The notes under the pieces were generated by a model, which was not told the origin of the DNA, did no database searches, and saw only the letters and a list, made by a program, of their open reading frames with translations. Below, piece after piece: positions 13,818 to 33,685 of a stretch of 64,000 bases of DNA. Source of the stretch: Nitrospirales bacterium (GTDB lineage: Bacteria > Nitrospirota > Nitrospiria > Nitrospirales > UBA8639); the NCBI GenBank assembly GCA_965203295.1, contig CBDBCZ010000017.1, forward strand, positions 1,824,001 to 1,888,000. The letters are read 5' to 3'. Within the stretch, counting starts at the first letter, position 1. Every line of letters starts with the position of its first letter. A program made the translations under genes and the position numbers.

Positions 13818-15950
13818 GGCACAGTATTAACTTCCAGCCTGCTAATAATTCGCTCCTTAAAATTTATTTTACATAGGTAATTACTTCCTAGGTCATCTGC
13901 AACTATTGCTTGGTTCTGGTGTTATGAATAGAGCATGTCATGAGATCATACTTCCTGTCTGCCCTGCAAATGCAGACCTGGGTACATGCAAAGCTAATCT
14001 CTACTGTGCTTTCCAGGAAGGAAATTCATCAGGATGATATATGGTAGCCATCCTCTGTCAGTGTCACTGAAGCCTAATCTTCCTCTCCTGCTGTAGCCTC
14101 GTCCTTGCAGGCGTGCTCTTGCTGGCCATGCACGAAATTTCATGAGTTAACCTTGGATTATAGATGACAATATTCGGTACGTGGACTATATGTGCGTACA
14201 CGCAGACACAACTCTCAATTGGCGTGGGACTCATGCACACCCACCCAATTACTAGCACACGACACAATACGATAAAGTACAGACACGTACACAAACAGGC
14301 AAATGCAAAGGGCGTGTTAGTGCCAGCCGGACACATACAACTTCATGTACACCCAGATGGTTAAAGAATACGTGTGTGCATACTATCTGTAGCTATGCTA
14401 CACTTGGAAAGGTTGATCAATTTCACTAGTACGTATAGGTATTATTTACCATACTTATAGCCTCGTTCCTAGGTGCTCAAACGTGGCCTGGGAACAAAGT
14501 TATTAATTTATTCTAAATGCTATGTATTGGTTGAGCATGAAACATGTCTGACTTTTTAGAGATTTCCAGTATTAGCAGGCTTCAACATTCTGCCATTAAC
14601 ATGTAGTTTTGGTTAGATAGTGTCGAAGGTTGAGTGATCCAGCTGACTCAGTTTGCAGACCAAGTCTCTGTCTCTCACACAGCAAGTGTATGTACATGTA
14701 CGTAGTCATTGCCTTTGCAGGGAACATACATGTACCAAGCCCACAGCAAAGCTTTCAGGAGACACGCAGTGGTTTTCTTTTTTATCATGACATGATTGAA
14801 GGCTAGTACGTGTCCCCCTGGCTGCTGGATAAAGACTGAAATGGGTGGAGCTAATGCTACCAGATCTGTTGAAGGTTACCTAATTATACCCTTCAATCGA
14901 CACCTGAACCGTGTAATTACCCCTCTTGGTAAAGAGTTAAATACACTCATGCATTGAATACTGAGGTTTACACTCACTATCGATTCTACAATTCCAGGTG
15001 CTACCACACACCTGTGCACCTGGCGCTACTACCATCTGGGACAGTTGAGCTGAATGGGCCTCAGATCAAAGACTAGTGGTGGCACTAGATCCAGAACTTC
15101 TAGGTTGTGACAGATAATATACTGTTTATCTATGGTTGTGATTTCTATTGACAAATTTATTATCAATTTGTGATACATTTCATTGTGGTGGTATGCAGCA
15201 GATACTCTACATGTAGAGTAACGGTAGCTATGTATACTGCTTTAGTCCTGAAGTACAACCTATTGAAGTTCACTAAATTTGCAGCAGAGTGACTCCATGC
15301 ACTCATCTCTGTATGCCAAGTTTTGCACATGCAGATTTCCTACCCCAATTAGTAGAACATCAGCGGCAATAGTGTAGCTGTTGTCAGCAATGGGGTCATC
15401 TTTGTGGCCTCCTTCCTCTTGTGAAGTCAAGGGTATCGTGTTGCAATACCGTGAATTGCCACCCACTTCATCAGACATTCTGACGTAATGTTCCCTTGAA
15501 CGCTGTCGTACTGCCGATGATGTGAATCCACTAGGGAGTTTGTCAGGCACAAACGCGGGAAACGCAGCGAGAACTGCTGCTTCCTGCCTCGAACATGAGT
15601 GGGTGGAGAAGTAGTATAATTTTCAGCTACTGTTACTGAAGATCCAGATCTGTATAAATGTAGGCGCGCATGCAGCCGCTGCAAGTTCATGAAGTTGATG
15701 TGTGACATGCGCAGAAGCTAACAATCAGAATAGGTACGTACATTATTTATGCGTCATGCATAGCGCATGTGCATGTGGGTAATATAAAGTGACTGGCCGG
15801 CGGCAGGCAGGAAAGGTTTTGCACCTGCAAATTTTCCTTTAGTTCAGCTGCTATACATGTACTATGCATGTATGTGAACGCGTGAGCTGAAGTTAAAACA
15901 GTACCACTAGCTGGCAGCGCTTACTTGGACTACATACAGCAAGTCTCAAG

Positions 15951-23777
<7,827 letters not shown>

Positions 23778-24645
23778 AAGCAAAGACTGATCAAATTTCA
23801 CCCTCTGAAGCAAGTATCACTTAATGGTCCCTGTTCAAGATTTTTTTACATTTCACAATCTCACTGAAAGCAAATTATCCCTCTGTGCTGCTTTTGAAAG
23901 TAGCTTAATAATTATTCGTTGCTGAAATCCCCAGTCTGTTCAATTTATATTAATGTCATTACGAACGACATCTTGTAAATATCACCTACACTTGTAATTC
24001 ACAGGTTATCTTTATTCATGGTTTCACTGGTTTAGAATTGAATAATTATCTGCAATGAAAAATGAGCAATGTGGGATACACTTAACTGGCAGTGGTTAAT
24101 TTGGGGTGTAGACTAGGAGTATGCATGCAGTGGTGACTGAACATCAATGGGTTGCCACCCTAAACAACATTAACTATTTATTCATGTGGGCTAAACTGTA
24201 TTATATAGTGTTGCTATTATAAGCCACAGGTCACTCACTTTGGCACTAGCGTGGATGACATGTACATGATCATTGGTACTATAAACCTATGGTGTGGAAT
24301 AACAGTGGTACCGGTATATGGAACACGGTACGTCTCTTGAGACAAGTCCTTGTGGCATCCAAGAAAAAAACTAGAAACATAAAGTGTAGCAAAGATATAG
24401 TACTGTGTACCTGTTACACTTCATTGACAGGTATTAACCTGTTGCACTTAATTGGTAGCGTTAATTTGGGGTGAAGGTCAATAGGAGCATGCGGTGGTGA
24501 CTGAACATCAATAGGTTGCTACCCTACACAAACTTTAGCCTCATAAATACAATGTGGCATTACTATCAAAAAAATAATATACATATAATTATATAGGAGC
24601 AAGTAGATGAACTGAAAATTTAGGGTCCATGCTTGCGTCCATTAC

Positions 24646-26610
24646 TCAAACATACACTGTCTGTGCAACTTTTCCCAAATCGACTGTGTTTGTGGGTAGA
24701 CCGTTGTTGCTGCAGTGCAACGTCCTCAGCTTTCTCTGGCAGCTGTATATCTTCCACGCACTGTACAGCACTATAAAGTGGTTAGACTGGAACTTGTTCG
24801 CTCTCAGATCTACAGATAGTCTTGGCAGCTGTGGGAGAGCAAACAGAGCTCCAAAGAAGAGTTGGACGACAGTGTGTGCTTGAGAGCCAATGCTGTTGTT
24901 GGGCAAAGCTAAGAACTCAAAACTTGGAGAAATGTGCTGGTTCATTAGGGCGTATGTCAAGTCTTGAAGAAGACCAGATGGGCCAAGTCTGCAATCACAA
25001 ATGCTCAAGACCTTCAAGCTTTCCTTCAGCAATAGATACCGAAAGTCTTCTCCACTGGAAGCAGTCCTAGGCAGTTCCAGAGAAGTGAAATAGAGATTTT
25101 CCACTATGAGATGGGAATGTCGGGCAAGAATGGCAAGTATACTTGTACCAGCTAGGTCCACATCAACTGCATGAATGTCCAACACATGTAGCTTATACTG
25201 GTGTTGTGAGTGGAAAAGCCAGTGTAGGACTGGAGCGCCAAGCCTCGTGTGATAGATCTTGAAGTGTTTGAAGGCAAGGGAGGCATTGGGCATGACAAAA
25301 TTGCTGGAGTTGAATGCCACGCCACATGAAGGTCGATCCGTGTCTTCAATCTTGATACGATTGAAAAAAAAGGTTTGCTTTCTCATCGTAGGATCAGCAG
25401 AAAAGAAAGCTGATGTCAGCAGGTGCAAAATGGAGAAAGGGATTGACATGTTGCTCAGGTACAATACTGAGAAACTGCGTCTTGCAAGGTGCTTAGCTAG
25501 AGCACCAATCATCATTCGGAGGTTTGAAGAGTGCAGTTTTAAGTCCAGTCCACTCAACACTATCTCCTCGAGGCTAGTTTGAGTATGGATTATGGATGCT
25601 GTTTTCTCAAGGACTGAAGCAGGACAGTGGCAACTCTCGCAGACAACCAGTGACAGTCCTTTTAGTTGAGTGTAGGGTCGCTGGTTCGATGTTGTAGGCA
25701 GTACCTCATCGTGTGAAAAGAGCGGTGCTATGCACCTGGTGTGAGCCTCAAGGCTCCTGGCAGTTGGAGCCTGAAGGAATACATAGCGAAGTGTTGGACT
25801 ATCCATTGCAAGCATCTCTCTGGCTACAAAAAATATAGCTGCCAAAGAATCCTTCAATTCTTCAGAGTTGCTGTCATCCTTTGCGCCAAACCAGAGCAAA
25901 TGGGATTTCTTTATGAATTCCCTAACCTTGGCCAGCACTGTTGGGTACTGCCGCTCATTCCAGATTGCAGATCTGATAAACTGTCCCGAAAACACGTTCA
26001 CCTGGCTGGGATAGTAGTCGCATCTGTTTATGAGCAGGTAGATAAGATCAGCATCACTGACACCACGAGAGTAGTATGTGATATAGCGCTGTGAAGGTAG
26101 AATTGTATCATCTGCAGTGATGTGAAGACCGGGTCGGAAGTGGAGGGCCCAATGTGGATTATCTCGAAGGAATTTTCGCCAGTGGTTGATTCTGAGGCAG
26201 CCCTTCACAGAAAACATCAAATCTAGTGCCAGGTGGTAGTGACTTCGGTGGCCCTCAGAGGAGACCACTATACTATTTAAAATGACCAGGGCCAGTACCT
26301 CCATATAGAACTGCTTGGTAGAATGTGCAAGCTTAGCAAGTGGTGATAATTTCAGTGTCTTCAGTTCCTTCGGTAACCGTTGCTCAGTAATAGTGCTCCA
26401 TAACGATTCCATGTCAATCCCTTTTACGAACTTGGTTCTCTCCAGCTGACAAATGTCAGCGACAGGCAAGTTGAGGAGTAGGGTCTGCCGAAGTCTGGTG
26501 GGAAGCAGCCGGAGGTAGGAGGCGGGGTAGTCCTCCAAATGAGCCATGAGGTACAGCAGCAGTTGGGTCTGAAGTCGCGGAACAGATCCGCAATTGTACA
26601 CAGCAGCCAT
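24646..26610 (-). CDS. LRRC41/MUF1-like protein (N-terminal BC-box/SOCS-like segment plus degenerate RI-type leucine-rich repeats), about 654 aa, single coding exon
   Basis: Uninterrupted 2-kb ORF. N-terminus VPRLQTQLLLYL..LRLLPTRLRQTLLLNLPVADICQLE..LW; C-terminal LRR-like units (LKVLSICDCRLG, FLALPNNSIG, VDLRANKF, LRTLHCSNNGL). The ATG at 26610 directly follows a cag acceptor. Confidence 0.75.
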   Translation of the reverse strand: MAAVYNCGSVPRLQTQLLLYLMAHLEDYPASYLRLLPTRLRQTLLLNLPVADICQLERTKFVKGIDMESLWSTITEQRLPKELKTLKLSPLAKLAHSTKQFYMEVLALVILNSIVVSSEGHRSHYHLALDLMFSVKGCLRINHWRKFLRDNPHWALHFRPGLHITADDTILPSQRYITYYSRGVSDADLIYLLINRCDYYPSQVNVFSGQFIRSAIWNERQYPTVLAKVREFIKKSHLLWFGAKDDSNSEELKDSLAAIFFVAREMLAMDSPTLRYVFLQAPTARSLEAHTRCIAPLFSHDEVLPTTSNQRPYTQLKGLSLVVCESCHCPASVLEKTASIIHTQTSLEEIVLSGLDLKLHSSNLRMMIGALAKHLARRSFSVLYLSNMSIPFSILHLLTSAFFSADPTMRKQTFFFNRIKIEDTDRPSCGVAFNSSNFVMPNASLAFKHFKIYHTRLGAPVLHWLFHSQHQYKLHVLDIHAVDVDLAGTSILAILARHSHLIVENLYFTSLELPRTASSGEDFRYLLLKESLKVLSICDCRLGPSGLLQDLTYALMNQHISPSFEFLALPNNSIGSQAHTVVQLFFGALFALPQLPRLSVDLRANKFQSNHFIVLYSAWKIYSCQRKLRTLHCSNNGLPTNTVDLGKVAQTVYV

Positions 26611-27189
26611 CTGTGTATAAATGACATAGCTACAATCAGTACACACATGCATAAATTAATGAATTGTGTAGCCTATGCCTTGTGGTATGTACACAAACAG
26701 TATCGTAGAAGTGGTGTTACACTGTATACAATACTTTCCCTGATGCAAAAACTATAATAATGCGTCCCACATTGGAGATCATAGCGGAGCCGATGATCGG
26801 CGCTGCAGAGGGCTGGCTCGCTGAGTCTAGATACTTACTTGACTTACTTTTTGAGTGTAGTGTTATGACAGCACTATTGCAGTGACCTTTTCTCACTCCT
26901 TTCTCTGTTATGCCGTCGCGTCTGCGTATTACCCGCGGCACTCGCACTAGCCACGCCCTCTACGCCCTGCAGCATGCGGCGAGTAAGTACTAAAGAGCGC
27001 TCTTCTGTAACAAATGACAAGATCTATGTTACTTATGTGCTACTGGAGCTGAAGTCCTACGTACTGGACTACTAGCCTCGTTCCCAGGCTCTCTGCCCAG
27101 CTTTTTTGGCTACTGGACTACCTAACTACAGATACCTTCAGGTTCCAGCACGCGAATACGCTTGTCTCTCCACCACAAAGTAGCTTTTT

Positions 27190-28010
27190 TCTATGAAACT
27201 TTATTCATAAAGAAAAGGACACAGAAAAATAGCATTGCTAATAATAATTTGTGCCTTATAAAAATAGAAAGTAAAGTAAACTTACAGCAGGGTACGATGC
27301 AGTGAATCCCAAAACACGGGGAATGAAGGTGAGCAAACAACATCAACAGGTGAGTTATTCCATAGGGAAATAGAGTTGGGGACAAAAGAATGAGTTAGTT
27401 CTTGCAAATGGTTGAGGGGGGGGGGGAATAAATCTCTACTCACATGTAACCTAGTTTCTCTAAGAAAAAATACGAAAATAACATAAAGAATGAATAATTT
27501 TGAATACAGAACATAGTTTAGGAAAATTCTGTGATTAGAAAGTGAAGGCAGGTTAAACATGCATCTGTAGTAGCTAAATCATTGTATCCAGCAGTCCAGG
27601 ACTTTGCACACATTCTACAGGTGTATTTTTGTGTGTTCTCGATTAGCTGAATATCCCTTCGCAAGTGAGGATCCCAAACAGGCCGGAGCTGTGTACCGGT
27701 ATTCCAGGTGAGGACGTACTAATGAAGTGTATAGTTGGAGTAAAGTGGTTTCATCTGTTAGTCTGTAGTATCTCGGTACAGCAGTCCAATAAGTTTCCTG
27801 GTCTTACCACAAATAGTATTAATATGCTTTGACCAAGATAAGTCCACCCAATTAAGGTATTTAAAGGTGGAAACAACTTCAAGAGGGGACCCACAAAGAT
27901 TTATTGGAGAGACAGGGACTAGCGGGGTCCTTTTGCGGGAGATCTCTTTGAGTGGTTAAACATCATGAGGTTGGAGGTGGCCCATGCTTCAATAGAATTA
28001 ACGGCTGACT
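27190..28010 (-). mobile_element. 5'-truncated non-LTR retrotransposon (L2/CR1-clade) RT C-terminal remnant
   Basis: Decayed frames read DLSWSKHINTICGKTRKLIGLLYR, LYTSLVRPHLEY, VWDPHL..IENTQK, LPSLSNHR and SFVPNSISLWNN. Confidence 0.85.
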
Positions 28011-29122
28011 GGCGTTAAAACCATACTATGAAATCAGTGTTAACTCTTTAAACGCCATGGGCACATTTATGTGCCCATATAAAATAGAAAAAACATGTAC
28101 TTTATATTAATGCCTAATATAAAAAGTCTAATATAAATTCATATTAATATTAGCCTTATGGATGTATTAAAACTCAGCTGGGAAAGAATTAATAAAATAA
28201 AAACCAGCAGAGTACTATGTAATAGCTAGTTAAGGTCGGTTTGGGTCAGGGGAATAGTCCGAGGCGAAGCTTTAACTGATTTAATGTACATTGGTATAGC
28301 AATGATCCCTGTATGTGGCCTCCTTTGAGTGCTACTGTAAGCGTGGGAAAAAGTGGTTGCCATGGTAATGTACATTAAAGATAAGAATTGAAAAAAAACA
28401 TGTATTGATGTAATAAAAAAAGACAAATCTCCCAGATAGGGACAACCTCTACAAGGGACAAAAGCCATTTCCCTAAAGTGTCCTCTTCTCGGAGGTTTCA
28501 CTGTATGCTAATATGGCTGACACGACATAACACTGGACAAGTGTTCTAGCGCTGTAAACCTGTACACACTGTGGAGTGGAGTCAGAACTTGAATATGGTA
28601 TATATCCTGGCCCTTTGCAATTGGGTGAAACTTTTGTTTTCTTAATCCACGGTTGAGCAAACAGGTTCACTAGCAACGTTAAGTTTACAGAAGCATATCT
28701 TGACTCATGTCTTAAACTATACCTTCTTCAACCTTACCTTTTCACCTAAGCGCATTAATATTTTCCGTTATAGTCTCAGGCTAACCCATGCTTTCACTAG
28801 TTCTTGTTCCTCTTAATACTCCTTCCCTCTACTGCCATAATCTACTCATTTTGGGCAGTAAGATCTAAAGTGAAAACATGGTTCATGATCACACTCATAG
28901 TTATTCATCCCCTTTTATCTGCTACAGGCGTCCACTCAGAGCTGGACAGCATGCATCCAGCAGCTCATCATGTCCAGGAGGGACCTGTGCTGAGCAGGAT
29001 GATGCATGTGGCTTATACATGGCAGAGATCATAAGACTCAGGCATACAGATTTGCAGAAAAAATTATCAAAGCTATATACAATTACAAACTTATAGCAAC
29101 ACTACAAAAATCACTGGAATAT

Positions 29123-29959
29123 TTAAATCGTCTTCCATGGGTTTTTCTTGGCACCAGTGGCTATCTTCTTGAAATATGTCCAGCTAGTTTCATTTGGCAG
29201 GTCATTATCAAGAGCAGGGGGCTCTTTATACTCAGGGTAAACCCTTTCAATTGCATCTTTTAAGAGGGGAGAAAGATCATCAAAAGATTCCAATTTCTTT
29301 CCGAAGCCATTCCAAAGAAGAATGCCAGCACGATCACCCATTTTCATCCATGGCATCCATTGGCAAGAACGAAACCACGCCAAATCAATCTCCGCTGTGC
29401 AAGGTTTGCTTCCATCTAGTAAGTCTTCCCTTCGGGCGAAAAAGCTAAACATTTCATTTGCGTGATATTGACCACCAATGTTGGCTTGAAAATCGCCTCC
29501 AAGTGGGTTGCGATAGAAAAGTGGAACTTCAAAACTCAGGAACATGTGCCCATCCTTGATGATCCCAGGAAACTTATATGGACCCTTGGGACCATTGGCA
29601 TGCATGGGGGGAAAGTTGACTGGATCGTTAGCAATGTGGATTACCTCACACTCTTCGTTTGTCCAAGGATTCTGCCATTTATGCAAGATTTCACCTGTTT
29701 CGGGATGCAAAAAAAGCAGGATCTCTTTGGTGACAGCCCTGAAGCCGTACCCCATCTTCGAGTCACCTTCCAGCGTTTTCGAGGCGCGAATACTCATCCC
29801 CTCAAAAGTACAGATGATGCGATCGCGCTCCCCAGGGACTCGGCTATACAGCTTGCCAACCCACCAGTAGATCGCAGGGCATCCATCCCGTAAGTCAGCT
29901 ATCACCTTGCGCATTATCTTCACAGCATCAGTAGGATCATCAGGGGAAAGAGTCGCCAT
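29123..29959 (-). CDS. DUF1838-like protein of bacterial type, intronless, about 278 aa
   Basis: Intact ORF with WWVGKLYSRVPGERDR..FEGMS, PETGEILHKWQNPWT..EVIHIANDPVN, VPLFYRNPLGGDFQ..GGQYHANEMF and WMPWMKMGDRAG, which I recognise as DUF1838-type. The first ATG is at 29959; the track's TTG start lies inside the TSD. Confidence 0.8.
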   Translation of the reverse strand: MATLSPDDPTDAVKIMRKVIADLRDGCPAIYWWVGKLYSRVPGERDRIICTFEGMSIRASKTLEGDSKMGYGFRAVTKEILLFLHPETGEILHKWQNPWTNEECEVIHIANDPVNFPPMHANGPKGPYKFPGIIKDGHMFLSFEVPLFYRNPLGGDFQANIGGQYHANEMFSFFARREDLLDGSKPCTAEIDLAWFRSCQWMPWMKMGDRAGILLWNGFGKKLESFDDLSPLLKDAIERVYPEYKEPPALDNDLPNETSWTYFKKIATGAKKNPWKTI

Positions 29960-30089
29960 TTCACCACGAGGCTTAGCGCACAATTAGGGCTGGTTCTCCA
30001 TGTAACATTCACTTAGAATACATCATAATGACATCATACTAAAGACGTCAATACAATGACATACTAAGAACTAGCAGTAGTAGTGGCAT

Positions 30090-31710
30090 AAATGCTGGTA
30101 ACAGTGGTAAGAGTGGTAGTGATGGTAATACTGGTAACAGTGGTAAGAGTGGTAGTGATGGTAATACTGGTAACAGTGGTAAGAGCAGTAGTGATGGTAA
30201 TACAGGTAACATTGGTAAGAGTGGTAGTGATGGTAATACAGGTAACAGTGGTAAGAGCAGTAGTGATGGTAATGCTGGTAACAGTGGTAAGAGCGGTAGT
30301 GATGGTAATACAGGTAACAGTGGTAAGAGCAGTAGTGATGGTAATACAGGTAACAGTGGTAAGAGTGGTAGTGATGGTAATACTGGTAACAGTGGTAAGA
30401 GTGGTAGTGATGGTAATACAGGTAACAGTGGTAAGAGCAGTAGTGATGGTAATACAGGTAACAGTGGTAAGAGTGGTAGTGATGGTAATACAGGTAACAG
30501 TGGTAAGAGTGGTAGTGATGGTAATGCTGGTAACAGTGGTAAGAGCGGTAGTGATGGTAATGCTGGTAACAGTGGTAAGAGTGGTAGTGATGGTAATACA
30601 GGTAACAGTAGTAAGAGCGGTAGTGATGGTAATGCTGGTAACAGTGGTAAGAGTGGTAGTGATGGTAATACAGGTAACAGTGGTAAGAGTGGTAGTGATG
30701 GTAATACTGGTAACAGTGGTAAGAGCGGTGGTGATGGTAATACAGGTAACAGTGGTAAGAGTGGTAGTGATGGTAATACAGGCAACTGTGGTAAGAGCAG
30801 TAGTGATGGTAATACTGGTAACAGTGGTAAGAGCGGTAGTGATGGTAATACAGGTAACAGTGGTAAGAGTGGTAGTGATGGTAATACAGGTAACAGTGGT
30901 AAGAGTGGTAGCGATGGTAATACAGGTAACAGTGGTAATGATGGTAATACAGGTAACAGTGGTAAGAGCGGTAATGACGGTAATACAGGTAACAGTGGTA
31001 AGAGTGGTAGTGATGATAATACAAGTAACTGTGGTAATGATGGCAATACAGGTAACAGTGGTAAGAGTGTTAGTGATGGTATTACAGGTAACAGTGGTAT
31101 GAGTGGTAGTGATAGTAATACAGGTAACAGTGGTAAGAGTGGTAGTGATGGTAATACAGGTAACAGTAGTAAGAGCGGTAGTGATGGTAATACTGGTAAC
31201 AGTGGTAAGAGCGGTAGTGATGGTAATACATAGTAATACAGGTAACAGTGGTAAGAGTGGTAGTGATGGTAATACAGGTAACAGTAGTAAAAGTGATAGT
31301 GATGGTAATACTGGTAAAAGTGGTAAGAGTGGTAGTGATGGTAATACTGGGAACAGTAGTAAGAGCAGTAGTGATGGTAATGCTGGTAAGAGTGGTAGTG
31401 ATGGTAATACAGGTAACAGTGGTAAGAGTGGTAGTGATAGTAATACTGGTAACAGTGGTAAGAGCGGTAGTGATGGTAATACTGGTAACAGTGGTAAGAG
31501 TGGCAGTGATGGTAATACAGGTAACAGTAAGCAGTGGTGAGAGTGGTTGTGATGGTAATACAAGTAACGGCGGTAAGAGCAGTAGTAATGGTATAGGTAA
31601 CAGTAAGCAGTGGTGAGAGTGGTAGTGATGGTAATACAGGTAACAGTGGTAGTGATGGTAATACTGGTAACAGTGGTAGGTGTGGTAGTGATGGTTATGC
31701 AAGTTAACAG
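30090..31710 (+). repeat. Left arm: tandem 36-bp repeat GGTAACAGT-GGTAAGAGT-GGTAGTGAT-GGTAATACA
   Basis: Seen directly; 12-aa periodicity in the ORF-track frames. Confidence 0.97.
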
Positions 31711-32177
31711 TAATAAGAGAGATATGTATAGTAGTACTGCATGTCTATTGCCCAAATCACACTAAAAACTTTTGCTCCAGATTTTAAGCTGGGCAAAAAG
31801 TAGTAAATAATGCGCTGTTCAGTTCGAAATTTGTTCACTACATAACTGAACAGGTCTTTGCATAGCAGTTTGTTTCACCTATAAAAACAGAAAAAAGGAT
31901 ATTGAAACTTGTATTTTGCTCGTCATTTGAAAATACCAACCAAAGAGGCAACACATGATACAGTTACTTGTATTATTCACAACATTCAATACAACATAAT
32001 ATTATGATATACATATGCAATATTAATTTTAAGAACCCAATACAACATGTCCATGTTGCTGCCATACTGAGTTAGTAAATTGAGCTGCCTTTACATATCT
32101 TTTTCGAAAAAGAAGGTGCATGTCCAAATGATCGAGTTTGATAACGTCTTTTTTTGGGAACCAGGGATGGCACCAAG

Positions 32178-32800
32178 ACGGGATCATTGGCAGGCTCATC
32201 TGCTATGGTGACGGGATCACTGGCAGGCTCATCTGCTATGGTGACGGGATCACTGGCAGGCTCATCTGCTATGGTGACGGGATCACTGGCAGGCTCATCT
32301 GCTATGGTGACGGGATCACTGGCAGGCTCATCTGCTATGGTGACGGGATCACTGGCAGGCTCATCTGCTATGGTGACGGGATCACCTGATGTCGAGGCAG
32401 AATCAATGGGCTCAGGACTGTTTTCTGTGACAACGGGATCACCTGACGTAGAGGCGGGATCACTGGCAGGTTCATCTGCTATGGTGACTGGATCACCTGA
32501 TGTCGAGGCAGAATCAATGGGCTCAGGACTGTTTTCAGTGGCAAAGGGATCACCTGACGTAGAGGCGGCATCACTGGCAGGCTCATCTGCTATGGTGACT
32601 GGATCACCTGATGTCGAGGCAGAATCAATGGGCTCAGGACTGTTTTCAGTGGCAACGGGATCACCTGACGTAGAGGCGGCATCACTGGCAGGCTCATCTG
32701 CTATGGTGACTGGATCACCTGATGTCGAGGCAGAATCAATGGGCTCAGGACTGTTTTGAGTGGCAACAGGATCACCTGACGTAGAGGCGGGATCACTGAC
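32178..32800. repeat. Internal 33-bp tandem repeat grading into about 120-bp higher-order units
   Basis: About six copies of gacgggatcactggcaggctcatctgctatggt, then longer units that embed the same motif. Confidence 0.93.
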
Positions 32801-33685
32801 AGGCTTTATTCTAATTATAATATATAAACGGTGCTTTTTTGTTATGCAGCTGTGAATAAACAGCTACCAGAAAATGCTTTAAAAATGCTATGACATACCT
32901 GATTCGAGCCTTGTTTGTATATCTTGGCTAAACGCAGCAGCGATAACAACTGTACACTTCTCAGCCTTCCCCAATTTTCCGGACACCTGTGCAATAATGC
33001 GCCTGGAAGACCAGAAGCTGAAGCATGCTTCCTGTAGTAATGATTGCTTCCAAGTCTCCCATACAGTATTCTATAGCAGACGTGATCGAGTCTTTACTGC
33101 GAGTTTGGTAGGCTGTATATCTGGAGAAGTGGCTGGGTAGGAACGGTGACCATGACGACCACCATGATGAAAGATCATGATGACGACAAAAAAGGCAACG
33201 GAACCATAGAATATAAGTGAAGTATAGCCTTGCTTCACTTGGCATTACCTCACTACCTACTACCACTTCACCCCTCTTACCATTCTTAGCAGTACTACAA
33301 CTATTATTTCTTTTACCACGATTATCAGCATTGTCACTATTACTATAGCGTTACCACATGTATGCTGAGGCCAGAATCCACTGACACATATGCAATATTT
33401 AAGAGCCCAATACAACATGTACACGTTTATGCTACTTACTAAGTTAGCAAATTGAGCTTCATTTACTTGTCTTTTTTCAAAAAAAGGTGCTTGACATGAT
33501 CGAGTTGCATGACGCCTTTTTGTGGTTGACCATCCACACTGCCAGATAACAGTCAAGCTAGTATCGTCAATGAGGCCAAGTAGCTTTCAGTCAGTCAGTC
33601 AACATAACGTCACCTTATGCTGAGGCGGAATCACTGGAGTCAGGATTGTTTGCAGTGATGATAGGATCGTCTGACACTGAGGCGC

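Noticed and set aside
14850..15710. Short minus-strand ORFs upstream of PIM, possibly a decayed transposon protein
   Set aside because: No motif I could identify with confidence.
25259..26094. Plus-strand ORFs overlapping the LRRC41-like gene (likewise 29462-29893)
   Set aside because: Antisense shadows of real minus-strand coding sequences.
30048..31755. Long ORFs (up to 563 aa) in several frames, mirrored at 33615-35002
   Set aside because: By-products of a stop-poor 36-bp satellite that is open in many frames on both strands and forms the transposon arms.
32154..32759. Plus-strand 201-aa repeat ORF (TGSLAGSSAMV)n
   Set aside because: Reverse complement of the more protein-like minus-strand acidic frame; no independent support.
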